A stretch of DNA of 64,000 bases from Anaerolineae bacterium. GTDB taxonomy: Bacteria > Chloroflexota > Anaerolineae > Aggregatilineales > Phototrophicaceae. The stretch covers positions 31,111 through 95,110 of the forward strand of contig DAOTTY010000081.1 of the NCBI GenBank assembly GCA_034437575.1, written 5' to 3'. Under the pieces are notes generated by a model, which had not been told where the DNA came from, did not search any database, and saw nothing but the letters and a program-made list of their open reading frames with translations. The position numbers and the translations under genes were made by a program. Positions 18,721 to 28,046 of this stretch are shown piece by piece; position 1 is the first letter of the stretch, and every line of letters begins with the position of its first letter.

Positions 18721-19857
18721 CTAGACGCGGGCTGCAAGCTCTTCCCGCTTGACATCGAAGATAAGCGACTTCTCAGTATCGGCATCGAAAACATGGACGT
18801 TGTCAATGTTCACAACAATGTTCATGCGTTTACCCACACGGGCTTGTGTACGCGGGTCCAGTCGGCCAATCAATGTTTTACCCTTCTCTTCGAAGTAAAC
18901 GATCATCTCGTTACCCATTTGTTCAATCACGTCTACGTTGGCCTCCAGCGGCACCGGACTAATATTCGGTGGCTGGAAGTCCTGGTCGTGGATGTCCTCA
19001 GGACGCACACCGAAGGTCACGTTCTTGCCCATGTGCGGCTTGAACAATTCGTTGCGTTCTGAGGGCAGCGGAATTTGGAAGATGCCAGTATCTACGGCGA
19101 TGCCAGCATCTGTGTGAACCAGAGTTGCGTCGAAGAAATTCATGGACGGGCTGCCGATGAAGCCACCTACAAACACATTGGCCGGGTTGTGGTATAGATC
19201 GTAGGGGGAAGCAAGTTGCTGTAAGTCACCAGCGTTGAGGACAGCGATGCGCGTACCCATCGTCATAGCTTCCACCTGGTCGTGTGTTACATACACGAAG
19301 GTCGTTTCCAGGCGTTGGTGCAGCTTGCTGATGAAGGACCGAGCTTCTACACGCAACTTTGCGTCCAGGTTAGATAGCGGCTCGTCCATCAAGAACACAG
19401 CGGGTTCACGTACAATTGCGCGGCCTACAGCCACACGCTGACGTTGCCCCCCTGACAGTTGCCGTGGGCGACGTTCCAGAAGTGGTTCAATACCGAGGCT
19501 GCTGGCGGCTTCGCGTACACGCTCGTCGATAATGTTCTTGGGCGTTTTGCGTAAGCGCAAACCGAAGGCCATATTATCGTAGACGGTCATGTGAGGGTAG
19601 AGGGCATAGCTTTGAAACACCATCGCCACGTCACGATCTTTAGGCGCAACGTTGTTTACAACGCGATCCCCAATCATGATGCGCCCGTCAGAAATTTCTT
19701 CCAGGCCAGCGAGCATACGCAGGCTGGTAGACTTACCACAACCTGACGGGCCAACTAAAACCAGAAATTCTTTGTCGTCGACGACGAAATTCAGGTCTTC
19801 GATGACGATAGTGCTGCCGAATGCTTTCTTGATATGCTCGAAAGTTACACTTGCCAC
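18721..19857 (-). CDS. Sugar ABC transporter ATP-binding protein (MalK/UgpC/MsiK-like), stand-alone
   Basis: Walker A GPSGCGKST, signature LSGGQRQR, Walker B FLMDEPLS, C-terminal MalK-type regulatory domain. GTG start at 19857, 5 nt after GGAGGAG (the ORF-track start 19935 is rejected). Confidence 0.9.
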   Translation of the reverse strand: MASVTFEHIKKAFGSTIVIEDLNFVVDDKEFLVLVGPSGCGKSTSLRMLAGLEEISDGRIMIGDRVVNNVAPKDRDVAMVFQSYALYPHMTVYDNMAFGLRLRKTPKNIIDERVREAASSLGIEPLLERRPRQLSGGQRQRVAVGRAIVREPAVFLMDEPLSNLDAKLRVEARSFISKLHQRLETTFVYVTHDQVEAMTMGTRIAVLNAGDLQQLASPYDLYHNPANVFVGGFIGSPSMNFFDATLVHTDAGIAVDTGIFQIPLPSERNELFKPHMGKNVTFGVRPEDIHDQDFQPPNISPVPLEANVDVIEQMGNEMIVYFEEKGKTLIGRLDPRTQARVGKRMNIVVNIDNVHVFDADTEKSLIFDVKREELAARV

Positions 19858-20063
19858 TGGGACTCCTCCGATGGAAAACAAAACAATTTTGTCAACATAT
19901 TTAGGTACAATGCACAAACTTTTTGCTTTGTACACTCACACCACATCTGCGGATTATAAACACTCTACACACAAATTGCCAAAATAAATGCACTCGCATC
20001 TTATGGCCGTCAGGCGCAAAATAAAGCCTGTTGAGTGTTTGGTCGAGAGAGGGACTATTTTTC

Positions 20064-21305
20064 ATGGGTTCGGTAAATATTGATGCAGAATTAGTTAGCA
20101 TTGGTACTGAGATTTTACTCGGAGAGATCACAGACACAAATTCCGTGTTTATGGCACGAGCAATGCGAGATTTGGGAGTTAACGTTTATCATATGGTTTC
20201 TGTGGGGGACAATAAGCAGCGTATCTCAGAGGTGATTCGCACAGCGCTGTCACGAGTAGAAATTGTACTGACATGCGGTGGCCTGGGGCCGACCGTTGAC
20301 GATGTGACTCGTGAGGCAATTGCCCTGGCTACTGACCGTGAGTTAGTGTTTCATGAGGAACTGCTGGAGGGGATTGCGGAGCGCTTTGAAAAGTACCGCG
20401 TGCAGATGACTGAAAACAATCGACGTCAGGCATATCTACCGGCTGGGGCGCGGGTTATTGAGAACGCTGTTGGCACGGCACCGGCGTTCATTGTGGAATA
20501 TGGCGACCGAGTGGTTGTCAGTTTGCCAGGGGTGCCGCGAGAAATGAAATATTTGATGAATGAGCAGGTGATTCCCTATTTACGCGAGCGTTATGGCATC
20601 ACTGAGCAGATTATTCTGGCGCGAATCCTCAAGACAGCGGGTATTGGTGAGAGTATGCTAGACGAGATGCTGGGCACCCCACTGCTGGAAAACAAGAACC
20701 CCACAGTTGGGCTTGCAGCACACAGCGGGCAGATTGATATTCGCATCACGGCTAAGGCTGATACACGTGCCCAAGCCGTCACCATGATTGATGACATTGA
20801 GCGTCAGGTGCGTGAGCGAGTGGGGGGCTTCGTCTTTGGCGTGGATGATGAAAAACTAGAGCAGGCACTGGCTCAACTGCTTAAAGACAACCAGGCTGGT
20901 ATCGCCTTGAACGAGACTGGCATTGGCAGGGTCATTTATGACCGATTAGCTGAGACCAATGTAGGCTTGATTGTGCGCTCCGATGTGTTTGAGACACCGG
21001 AGGTGTTGAGCGAGGTACTGGGCCTGAGCAGGGGCACACCACTCAAGTATGTGGCTGAAGCTGCTGCTGCTAAACTGCTCGCAGAAACAGATTGCAGTGC
21101 GGCACTGGTTGTAGTGAGCCGCCCTGATATTGACGAGAACAGCGACAAAGAAGCCGGGACAGCAGTTGTGGTTAGCACACGGCAGGCATCGCGGCATCGC
21201 GTGTATGGGTTTGGTGGGCGTAATGAGAACGTGCAGCAGTTTGTTGGTAATTGGAGTACGGGCATTGCGTGGCGAATGCTAAAGGAATTGTTCGATGAGG
21301 CATAG
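20064..21305 (+). CDS. cinA: CinA-family protein (MoCF-biosynthesis-like N domain plus PncC/NMN-deamidase-like C domain)
   Basis: N-terminus ELVSIGTEILLGEITDTNS. 413 aa two-domain length. ATG at 20064 preceded by GAGAGAGGGA. Confidence 0.85.
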   Translation: MGSVNIDAELVSIGTEILLGEITDTNSVFMARAMRDLGVNVYHMVSVGDNKQRISEVIRTALSRVEIVLTCGGLGPTVDDVTREAIALATDRELVFHEELLEGIAERFEKYRVQMTENNRRQAYLPAGARVIENAVGTAPAFIVEYGDRVVVSLPGVPREMKYLMNEQVIPYLRERYGITEQIILARILKTAGIGESMLDEMLGTPLLENKNPTVGLAAHSGQIDIRITAKADTRAQAVTMIDDIERQVRERVGGFVFGVDDEKLEQALAQLLKDNQAGIALNETGIGRVIYDRLAETNVGLIVRSDVFETPEVLSEVLGLSRGTPLKYVAEAAAAKLLAETDCSAALVVVSRPDIDENSDKEAGTAVVVSTRQASRHRVYGFGGRNENVQQFVGNWSTGIAWRMLKELFDEA

Positions 21306-21879
21306 TTATGCGGCCAAGCTGGAAGAAGCGAAAAACAAAGCAGGCACCAATGTCGCACTGTTACTGCGCCCGCTGATGGCTGAGATGCCTGCGCCAATGC
21401 ACTACTACGATGATCCGTTTTTTCCCTTCAGTAAGGCGATTATCACCGCGACGAGTGATATTGTGTGTGGTTATGTGTTTGACTTTGCGGCATATATGGC
21501 GCATGGCGCAGCGGGGGCCGTTGCGCTGGAACGGTCAATGGCGTATGCCGGAACGGATGCGGTAAAAATCTTGCACGGGGCATTTGTCGGAACGGGTTAC
21601 ATTGAGATGATCTATGAGAATGCGTTTGGGGCTGATGCTGCGACAATTACGCATAGTCATGAGCTAGACCTCTATACAGATCAAAAACATCACGGGGCAT
21701 ATATTGTCCAGTGGGGTGATGGCGAAGCCAGCAATCTACCAACGTATCATGTCAACAAAGGTAGTTTTGTCGTGGGTGGGGTGGTACAAGTCCGAGTGGC
21801 AGGCGAGAGCGTGTTATATGCTGGCTACGGCGACGATCACGCAGAGCAGTGCCGCGCTGCGTTAGCGGCCACGCGCTGA
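21295..21879 (+). CDS. Type-2 OMP-decarboxylase-like protein with substituted catalytic motifs (putative pseudoenzyme)
   Basis: By eye it is collinear with type-2 PyrF, but the GlDP Asp, the KPq Lys and the DaKRGDIG motif read LLLRP, VFDF and ILHGAFVGTG. 194 aa, shorter than PyrF. Overlaps the cinA stop by 11 nt. Confidence 0.5.
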   Translation: MRHSYAAKLEEAKNKAGTNVALLLRPLMAEMPAPMHYYDDPFFPFSKAIITATSDIVCGYVFDFAAYMAHGAAGAVALERSMAYAGTDAVKILHGAFVGTGYIEMIYENAFGADAATITHSHELDLYTDQKHHGAYIVQWGDGEASNLPTYHVNKGSFVVGGVVQVRVAGESVLYAGYGDDHAEQCRAALAATR

Positions 21880-22475
21880 TGGCGTTTGAGAATCTACTAA
21901 TTGAGTACGGAATTATCCGATTTGGGCGCTTTTCGGATGGCAAGGGCGGTTGGATGCCGTTCAAGCTCAACCTGGAGTGGATGGTATCGTACCCTGACGT
22001 GTTGAAGACGGCAGCCTTCGACGTGCAAAACCACTTTCGGGTACACAACGAATCCATCAATCAGTTTGAACGTATCCTGTGTCCGATTGATGCATTACCT
22101 GTAGCAACGCTTGTGAGCGCGAACACAGGGATTCCAGTGGTGTACAGCCGCGGGCAGGGAACGGCTGCTACACACGACCTCGTGGGCGCTTATGACATCA
22201 ACCATCCAACTTTACTCATCACGACAACGCATGTGAGCGCTCATTCAGGGCTATCGGATTGGGTTGAGGATGCGAACCAAGTTGGATTGAAGATTTGCTA
22301 TCACTTATCGCTAGTCGAAGGGTTTGCAGCGTCGGGGTTGGGTATAGCTAATGGGAATCTAACAAGCATCAGCTCACTAGCACGCCTTGCAGCACATGGT
22401 GGGTTAATTACACATCCGCATTATGAACAGATCGTGGCGCTAAACGGAGCCGCATTATCCGGGGGGAGAGTGTGA
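21879..22475 (+). CDS. Orotate-phosphoribosyltransferase-like protein with a degenerate PRPP-binding loop (putative pseudoenzyme)
   Basis: IIRFGRFSDGKGGWMPFKLNL resembles the PyrE N-terminus. The PRPP loop reads TLLITTTHVSAHSG instead of an acidic-pair motif. The ATG shares 1 nt with the preceding TGA. Confidence 0.5.
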   Translation: MAFENLLIEYGIIRFGRFSDGKGGWMPFKLNLEWMVSYPDVLKTAAFDVQNHFRVHNESINQFERILCPIDALPVATLVSANTGIPVVYSRGQGTAATHDLVGAYDINHPTLLITTTHVSAHSGLSDWVEDANQVGLKICYHLSLVEGFAASGLGIANGNLTSISSLARLAAHGGLITHPHYEQIVALNGAALSGGRV

Positions 22476-22492
22476 CAATAATCCACACTCTC
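22466..22492. terminator. Perfect 9 bp stem-loop between convergent genes (overlaps the stop codon at 22473-22475)
   Basis: GAGAGTGTG-9 nt-CACACTCTC. There is no U-run on either strand, so terminator function is uncertain. Confidence 0.35.
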
Positions 22493-22505
22493 ACAAGTCT
22501 GTTGG

Positions 22506-24308
22506 TTAATCGTCGTCCAGGCTAAGCAGCGACATGAAGGCTTCCTGCGGGATTTCCACTGCGCCGACCATCTTCATACGCTTCTTGCCCTTCTTCTGCT
22601 TTTCGAGCAGTTTCTTTTTACGGGTGATGTCACCACCATAGCACTTGGCTAACACATCTTTGCGGAGTGCCTTCACGTTGGCACGGGAAATAACGTTTTT
22701 GCCAACGGCAGCCTGCACGGGTACGACAAACATCTGGCGCGGAATCAAATCCTTGAGCTTTGTGACGAGTTTCTGACCCTTGTGGTAGGCGTGGTCACGG
22801 TGAACGATCATGGCCAGCGCGTCTACTGGCTCTTTATTCACCAACACATCCAGCTTGACCAAATCACCTGCCTGATAGGCATCAAATTGGTAATCCAGGC
22901 TGGCGTAGCCGCGTGTAGCGCTTTTAAGACGGTCGTAGAAGTCCACGATGACTTCAGATAGTGGCATACGGTAGTGCAATGAGACGCGGGTTGCATCCAT
23001 GTATTCTGTGGTGATGTATTCCCCGCGCTTTTTAATGACGAGGTCCATCACCGCACCAATATAATCCTGTGGGGTAAAGATTTGAATCTTCATCCACGGC
23101 TCGTGAATTTCCTCGATTCCGCTGGGGTCTGGTAGGTGCGCCGGGCTGTCAATCTCGATGATCTCGCCACTGTGCATATACACCTTGTATTCTACGCTGG
23201 GAGCAGTTGCTAATATGTCCAGTCCGTATTCACGTTCCAGGCGTTCCTGCACAATTTCCATATGGAACAGGCCCAGGAAGCCCACACGAAAACCAAAGTT
23301 CAACGCTTGCGAATTCTCCGGCTCATAGGTAAGGGCAGCGTCGTTAAGTTGCAACTTCTCGAAGGCATCGCGCATATCTTCGTAGTCGTCGTTATCAGTG
23401 GGGTAGAAGCCTGCAAACACCATCGGTTTGACCTGCTTGTAACCCGGTAATTGTTCTGGGGCACCGTTCTCGGCAAGCGTGATAGTATCACCAACCCGAC
23501 ATTCGGCCACCGTCTTGAAGCCTGTTGCAATGTAACCCACTTCGCCAGCATGGAGTGCCTCCACAGGGCGCATCACCGGGTTAAACACACCGATTTCAAC
23601 AGACTCGAACTTAGCATCGGTAGCCATCATTCTGAGGGAGTCGCGCTTGGTCAGCTTGCCATCCACCATACGGACGTAGGCTATAACGCCTTTGTATGAG
23701 TCGTAGTGTGAGTCAAACACCAGCGCACGGGGTGGGCCATCCTCATCACCGCTGGGGGGCGGTACATGCTTCACAACGGCTTCCAGTACCCTGGTCACGT
23801 TAAGGCCCGTCTTTGCCGAAATCGGAATCACATCCTCAGTCGGTGTGCCCAGCAAATCGGCAATTTCCTGCGCAATTTCTTCAGGGCGGGCGGCAGGTAG
23901 GTCTACTTTATTGACAACAGGAATGATTTCCAGGTCTTGCTCAAGGGCGAGGTACAGGTTGGCCAGTGTTTGGGCTTCGGTGCCCTGGCTAGCATCTACA
24001 ACAATCACAGCGCCTTCACATGCCTGGAGGGCGCGGCTAACTTCGTAGGTGAAGTCTACATGGCCGGGGGTGTCGATGAGGTTAATCAGGTATTCCTCAC
24101 CATCTTCGGCCTCATACACCATCCGCACTGCCGACGCCTTAATGGTCACACCGCGTTCACGTTCCAGGTCCATGTCATCAAGCAGTTGTGCCTTCATCTC
24201 CCGGTCGCTGACGGTTTTGGTCATTTGCAACAGTCGGTCAGCGAGGGTGCTCTTACCGTGATCAATGTGAGCAATAATCGAAAAATTTCGAATGTTTTCT
24301 TGCTTCAT
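22506..24308 (-). CDS. lepA: Translation elongation factor 4 (LepA)
   Basis: 600 aa. G motifs [18 protein letters not shown]. Characteristic LepA C-terminal domain. Confidence 0.97.
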   Translation of the reverse strand: MKQENIRNFSIIAHIDHGKSTLADRLLQMTKTVSDREMKAQLLDDMDLERERGVTIKASAVRMVYEAEDGEEYLINLIDTPGHVDFTYEVSRALQACEGAVIVVDASQGTEAQTLANLYLALEQDLEIIPVVNKVDLPAARPEEIAQEIADLLGTPTEDVIPISAKTGLNVTRVLEAVVKHVPPPSGDEDGPPRALVFDSHYDSYKGVIAYVRMVDGKLTKRDSLRMMATDAKFESVEIGVFNPVMRPVEALHAGEVGYIATGFKTVAECRVGDTITLAENGAPEQLPGYKQVKPMVFAGFYPTDNDDYEDMRDAFEKLQLNDAALTYEPENSQALNFGFRVGFLGLFHMEIVQERLEREYGLDILATAPSVEYKVYMHSGEIIEIDSPAHLPDPSGIEEIHEPWMKIQIFTPQDYIGAVMDLVIKKRGEYITTEYMDATRVSLHYRMPLSEVIVDFYDRLKSATRGYASLDYQFDAYQAGDLVKLDVLVNKEPVDALAMIVHRDHAYHKGQKLVTKLKDLIPRQMFVVPVQAAVGKNVISRANVKALRKDVLAKCYGGDITRKKKLLEKQKKGKKRMKMVGAVEIPQEAFMSLLSLDDD

Positions 24309-24392
24309 CGCGTTCGTTGACTACCTCGTATCAAGTGTTTATGGTAAACATTGCTCAATATACCAGAGTTCGACCGCAGATGGGATATTATG

Positions 24393-25175
24393 TTATTCAT
24401 CTACTAAGACGCGATCAATGGCAGTCGGTAGGTCAAGGTTTGTTGCCGCTTTCGTTGATGCCCATACCAAGAACTCACGGTTTCCGTCTGCACCTTTAAT
24501 GGGGGAGTTCGTCAAGCCACGCACAGAAAGCGTTTGGGATTGCAAGAAGATGAGTATGTGGGTGAGGACCTGACGATGAGTGGCTCTATCACGCACGATG
24601 CCGCCTTTGCCAACATCGTTTTTGCCTGCCTCAAACTGCGGCTTAATCAGGGCGATGATGTCTGCCTTTGGCGTTAGCCATTTGCGTATGGCTGGAATCA
24701 GCAGGCGAAGCGAGATAAATGAGGCATCTACGACGACGAGATTTACCTGCTCATCCAGGGATTCAAGATAACGGGCGTTGGTTCGCTCGATCACAATAAC
24801 ACGCTCATCTACGCGCAGGGGATAAGCGATCTGGCCGTAACCGACATCTATGGCATAAACGCGAGCCACACCATATTGCAGCAGGCAGTCTGTAAAGCCG
24901 CCCGTGCTCGCGCCCACATCTGCCGCGACTTTGCCTGCAACATCAAAATCGAAGTCTGTTAGGGCACTGGCTAATTTATCACCGCCGCGACTGACAAAGC
25001 GTGGCTTAGACTTGACGGTGATCTTGTCCTCATCAGCGACTCGTGTACCGGCTTTGTCTACCATGACGCCGTTAACCAACACCTCCCCCGCCATAATCAT
25101 GCCCTGGGCCTTGGCCCGGCTGTGAGCCAGTCCCATTTCGTGCAGGGTCACATCTAAACGCTTTTTGTGCGGCAT
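24393..25175 (-). CDS. tlyA: TlyA-family rRNA (cytidine-2'-O)-methyltransferase
   Basis: S4-like N-terminus (RLDVTLHEMGLAHSRAKAQGMIMAGEVLVNG) and an FtsJ-type SAM motif (DVGASTGGFTDCLL). Confidence 0.9.
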   Translation of the reverse strand: MPHKKRLDVTLHEMGLAHSRAKAQGMIMAGEVLVNGVMVDKAGTRVADEDKITVKSKPRFVSRGGDKLASALTDFDFDVAGKVAADVGASTGGFTDCLLQYGVARVYAIDVGYGQIAYPLRVDERVIVIERTNARYLESLDEQVNLVVVDASFISLRLLIPAIRKWLTPKADIIALIKPQFEAGKNDVGKGGIVRDRATHRQVLTHILIFLQSQTLSVRGLTNSPIKGADGNREFLVWASTKAATNLDLPTAIDRVLVDE

Positions 25176-25176
25176 A

Positions 25177-27435
25177 TTATTCCTTCGTTAGATAAATAGT
25201 GAGGTTAAGCGGGTTTTCAGTGTCGCCATCGACTACAAACCCATCCGCTTCAATAGGCAGGTACCCATCGGCACTGATAACGACACTGTAGGGCACGCTC
25301 CGCGTTTCCGTAGAGATTTCCAGTAGGCGTTCCATCTGGAAGAACCCGTTGCGGTCAGTCGTGGCAAGGGCGTAAATCTGCTCGCTGTCCCAAACAAAAT
25401 CAGCTACAGAAAAGTCCTCACTAATGAGCACAAATGTCACACCAGGAATACCTGTGCCAGCGTCTACGTCCATAATTTGGCCCTGAAGCTGCAACCCCGA
25501 CGCTTGTGCGAAGCGATCAATGCGTAATTGACCGATGCCGATAGTGGCTTCGTCACTGGCCAGCAGCACTTCCCCAATGAGTAGTTCAACACGGTAGGTG
25601 CCGTCTGGTAAAAAGTTGTTATGGTCTAGTGTGATGACGTAGTTGCTGCCGTCTGTGGCAACGCTCCAGCGCTGGGACTGTTCATAAAAGGTGTTGTTAT
25701 CTACCGTCCAGCGAACGGTCCAGCGAGTGCCGGGTTGGATTTGCTGCCAGTTGAAGACGACGAAGACACGCTCAGTTTCTGTTGGAAAGCTGTTCGCCGC
25801 AGGGGTTGTAGCCGCCTCGATGGCGTTGTTTGCACTGGTGAAGTGAATATCTGGAAATACTTCGGGAAAGGCACCGCGTGGCACCCCGGCGATAGTGAAA
25901 TCAGATGTAGCGCCGAGGCGTCCATCCAGGTAAATTTCTAGCCGATAGCGCCCTGGAAGCAAGCCGTTGGCATCCTGAATACTGATGGTGCGTGCGCCGT
26001 CTGCCCCAAATGCGCCGACGTTCCATAGATTCGTGTTGCGATATACCTCTGCATTCTCGTAGAACCAGCGCTCGGTGATCTCAATATTCTCGTTCATGTT
26101 GCGGTATATAAAGCGAGCACTGGCCACGTTGCCAGTTGGGAGTACAAAGCCGTTGCCGAGTGGGGTGCCGTCAAAGTCGGAAAGGCCGAAGACAATGTCA
26201 CCAACATTGGGGTCGGTTGTGGGTACCCCTCCAACGACAATAGAAGCTGTGTTCTCTGCCATGCCGTCAATGAATACAGTGAAGGTGTAGGTGCCATTGG
26301 GCCACGCTTGGTCACTATTGCCAATAAACCATAGCCCACTCTCGCCACCGCTCCAACGTACCGGAGCAAGGCTGTAGGTCGCACTCGGAATGTTATCGAC
26401 CGTGACCCGTAATTCGTAGATCGTTTCTGGCGTCATGTTGGCATAGTCAAAAAACAGGTAGAGGCTGGTTGCGCCCGTTGGCAGATTGCCCACGATATTT
26501 GTTGGCAAGCCTGCATCATTTACAGAAGATGCAAAAAACAGCCGCGAGATCACCGGTTCTTCCGTCGGCAGGGTGGATTGCGGTATACCTTGCGATTGCA
26601 GATTAACTTGTAGGTCAAGTGATGCGCTTTGAATCAGGGGGGTGGCGAAGTTCGAGGCACGTAAGGCGTTGATAAACCCACCGATGGGGATGCAGATGTC
26701 ATTGTCGTTGATTTGGCGGTCGTTGTTGGTGTCCTGGATGAGTTGGCAGCTTGCCGATCCAGTTTCGACATCCGGTGGTGAGGTAGTAGGAACACCAATA
26801 AGCTGACCTTGCCCGTTATAGGCACCGCTTCCTGTCATCAGGCCAGGAATTGACACGTTTGTTTTGAGCCAGGACTTCGGGCCGGTCGGTTCTTCGGTAA
26901 ACCCTGTTACCGTCCCACGCAACGTTTGAACGGGGGTATTATCCAGGCTGGTATAACCCACTACTGTAATTGTCTGATCGAGGCGCACCTGTGATGAATC
27001 TGTTAATTCCACGAACGGTAATGATAGCTCATCAGGGTTAATGCGCCTGCCATCAAGATCCTGGTGGATGCGAATCAGTGCTAGGTCTAACCCAGGGGCA
27101 CTTTGGAGAATTTCTGCGCGATACAGAGGGACGGGCGGGTCGTCCTCAGATGTGGTCAGAGCGATAATTAGGGTATTGCCGGGGCAGCTCTCGCTCATGT
27201 CAGTTGTGTGGGCATTGGTCAAAATTAAGCCATTGCGGCTAACCAGTGTGCCAGAGCCGACACATGTGGTAAAAAAATTATCGCTTGTGTCTTGCACTTG
27301 ATAGATGAAGACAGTAGCCTGACGAATGCGTGGCAGTTCATCCTCGATGGTTCCCTGAGCATTGGTCATTGTCGGTAGGATTGCCAGGAAGATTGACAAC
27401 ACGAGTGCCATCATCCACTGTTTTGATCGAATCAT
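25177..27435 (-). CDS. Secreted trypsin-like (S1) serine protease with three tandem beta-rich repeats and a C-terminal CarboxypepD_reg-like domain
   Basis: Signal peptide. Triad contexts LILTNAHT (His), LDLALIRI (Asp), GLMTGSGAYNGQGQLIGV (Ser). Three repeats of about 110-115 aa. C-terminal TDRNGFF...ADGY segment. Confidence 0.75.
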   Translation of the reverse strand: MIRSKQWMMALVLSIFLAILPTMTNAQGTIEDELPRIRQATVFIYQVQDTSDNFFTTCVGSGTLVSRNGLILTNAHTTDMSESCPGNTLIIALTTSEDDPPVPLYRAEILQSAPGLDLALIRIHQDLDGRRINPDELSLPFVELTDSSQVRLDQTITVVGYTSLDNTPVQTLRGTVTGFTEEPTGPKSWLKTNVSIPGLMTGSGAYNGQGQLIGVPTTSPPDVETGSASCQLIQDTNNDRQINDNDICIPIGGFINALRASNFATPLIQSASLDLQVNLQSQGIPQSTLPTEEPVISRLFFASSVNDAGLPTNIVGNLPTGATSLYLFFDYANMTPETIYELRVTVDNIPSATYSLAPVRWSGGESGLWFIGNSDQAWPNGTYTFTVFIDGMAENTASIVVGGVPTTDPNVGDIVFGLSDFDGTPLGNGFVLPTGNVASARFIYRNMNENIEITERWFYENAEVYRNTNLWNVGAFGADGARTISIQDANGLLPGRYRLEIYLDGRLGATSDFTIAGVPRGAFPEVFPDIHFTSANNAIEAATTPAANSFPTETERVFVVFNWQQIQPGTRWTVRWTVDNNTFYEQSQRWSVATDGSNYVITLDHNNFLPDGTYRVELLIGEVLLASDEATIGIGQLRIDRFAQASGLQLQGQIMDVDAGTGIPGVTFVLISEDFSVADFVWDSEQIYALATTDRNGFFQMERLLEISTETRSVPYSVVISADGYLPIEADGFVVDGDTENPLNLTIYLTKE
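25537..26553 (-). repeat. Three tandem, diverged domain repeats of about 110-115 aa inside the protease gene
   Basis: Each unit ends in a similar strand pattern: PNGTYTFTVFIDGMAENTASIVVGG, LPGRYRLEIYLDGRLGATSDFTIAG, LPDGTYRVELLIGEVLLASDEATIG (aa approximately 295-633). Confidence 0.6.
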
Positions 27436-28046
27436 CGTAGCTCCAGCCTGCTGATAAACTGCTCAAACAAAATAAGGTTTTCCTCGTAGGCATCTGCATC
27501 AGATAGCATTGTGATAATCACTGCTTGCTCGCGGGTCACAGTTAAAATGTCGATTCCACGCACGACAACGGGTACTGTTTGTTGAAAGGGATTAGTATCT
27601 GTTGAAACGTAGAGATAATTTGCCGCTGTGGCGTCCAGGTCAGCTACACTCTCGTAAGGTTCTATGGACAGTCGTCGGAAAGCCGTCAGGTTTTGGGCGC
27701 GTTGCATACTCAGCGCATCAAAGATCGTGCGGTTGGTTGTGAGTTCGCTGACGGGTTGTACACTAACCTGAAAGGTGGTTTTGAATCCAATCTCACGCAG
27801 ATTGCGAACCCTGAAAATGTACTCTGTGCCGTTGGATTCCTCTAAAAGCCAATCCTGCGGGTAGTAAGCGATAATGCCTTCACTGTTATTCACATATTGG
27901 CTGGTTGCACTTTGTACATTGGCACGCAAGTTAAACAAAATAACAATCGTAAAGATGCTTAGCGCAATCGTGATGTAATGGCTCCAGCGCTGCCGTGTAG
28001 TAATGGTGTCTTGGGTGAGTTCATCTAGGGTTTCGATAACGGCCAT
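27432..28046 (-). CDS. Hypothetical N-terminally membrane-anchored protein (possibly PsbP/Mog1-like fold)
   Basis: 204 aa with a single TM segment (YITIALSIFTIVILFNL) followed by an alpha/beta-looking ectodomain. 4 nt ATGA overlap with the protease start. The fold assignment is a guess. Confidence 0.5.
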   Translation of the reverse strand: MAVIETLDELTQDTITTRQRWSHYITIALSIFTIVILFNLRANVQSATSQYVNNSEGIIAYYPQDWLLEESNGTEYIFRVRNLREIGFKTTFQVSVQPVSELTTNRTIFDALSMQRAQNLTAFRRLSIEPYESVADLDATAANYLYVSTDTNPFQQTVPVVVRGIDILTVTREQAVIITMLSDADAYEENLILFEQFISRLELR

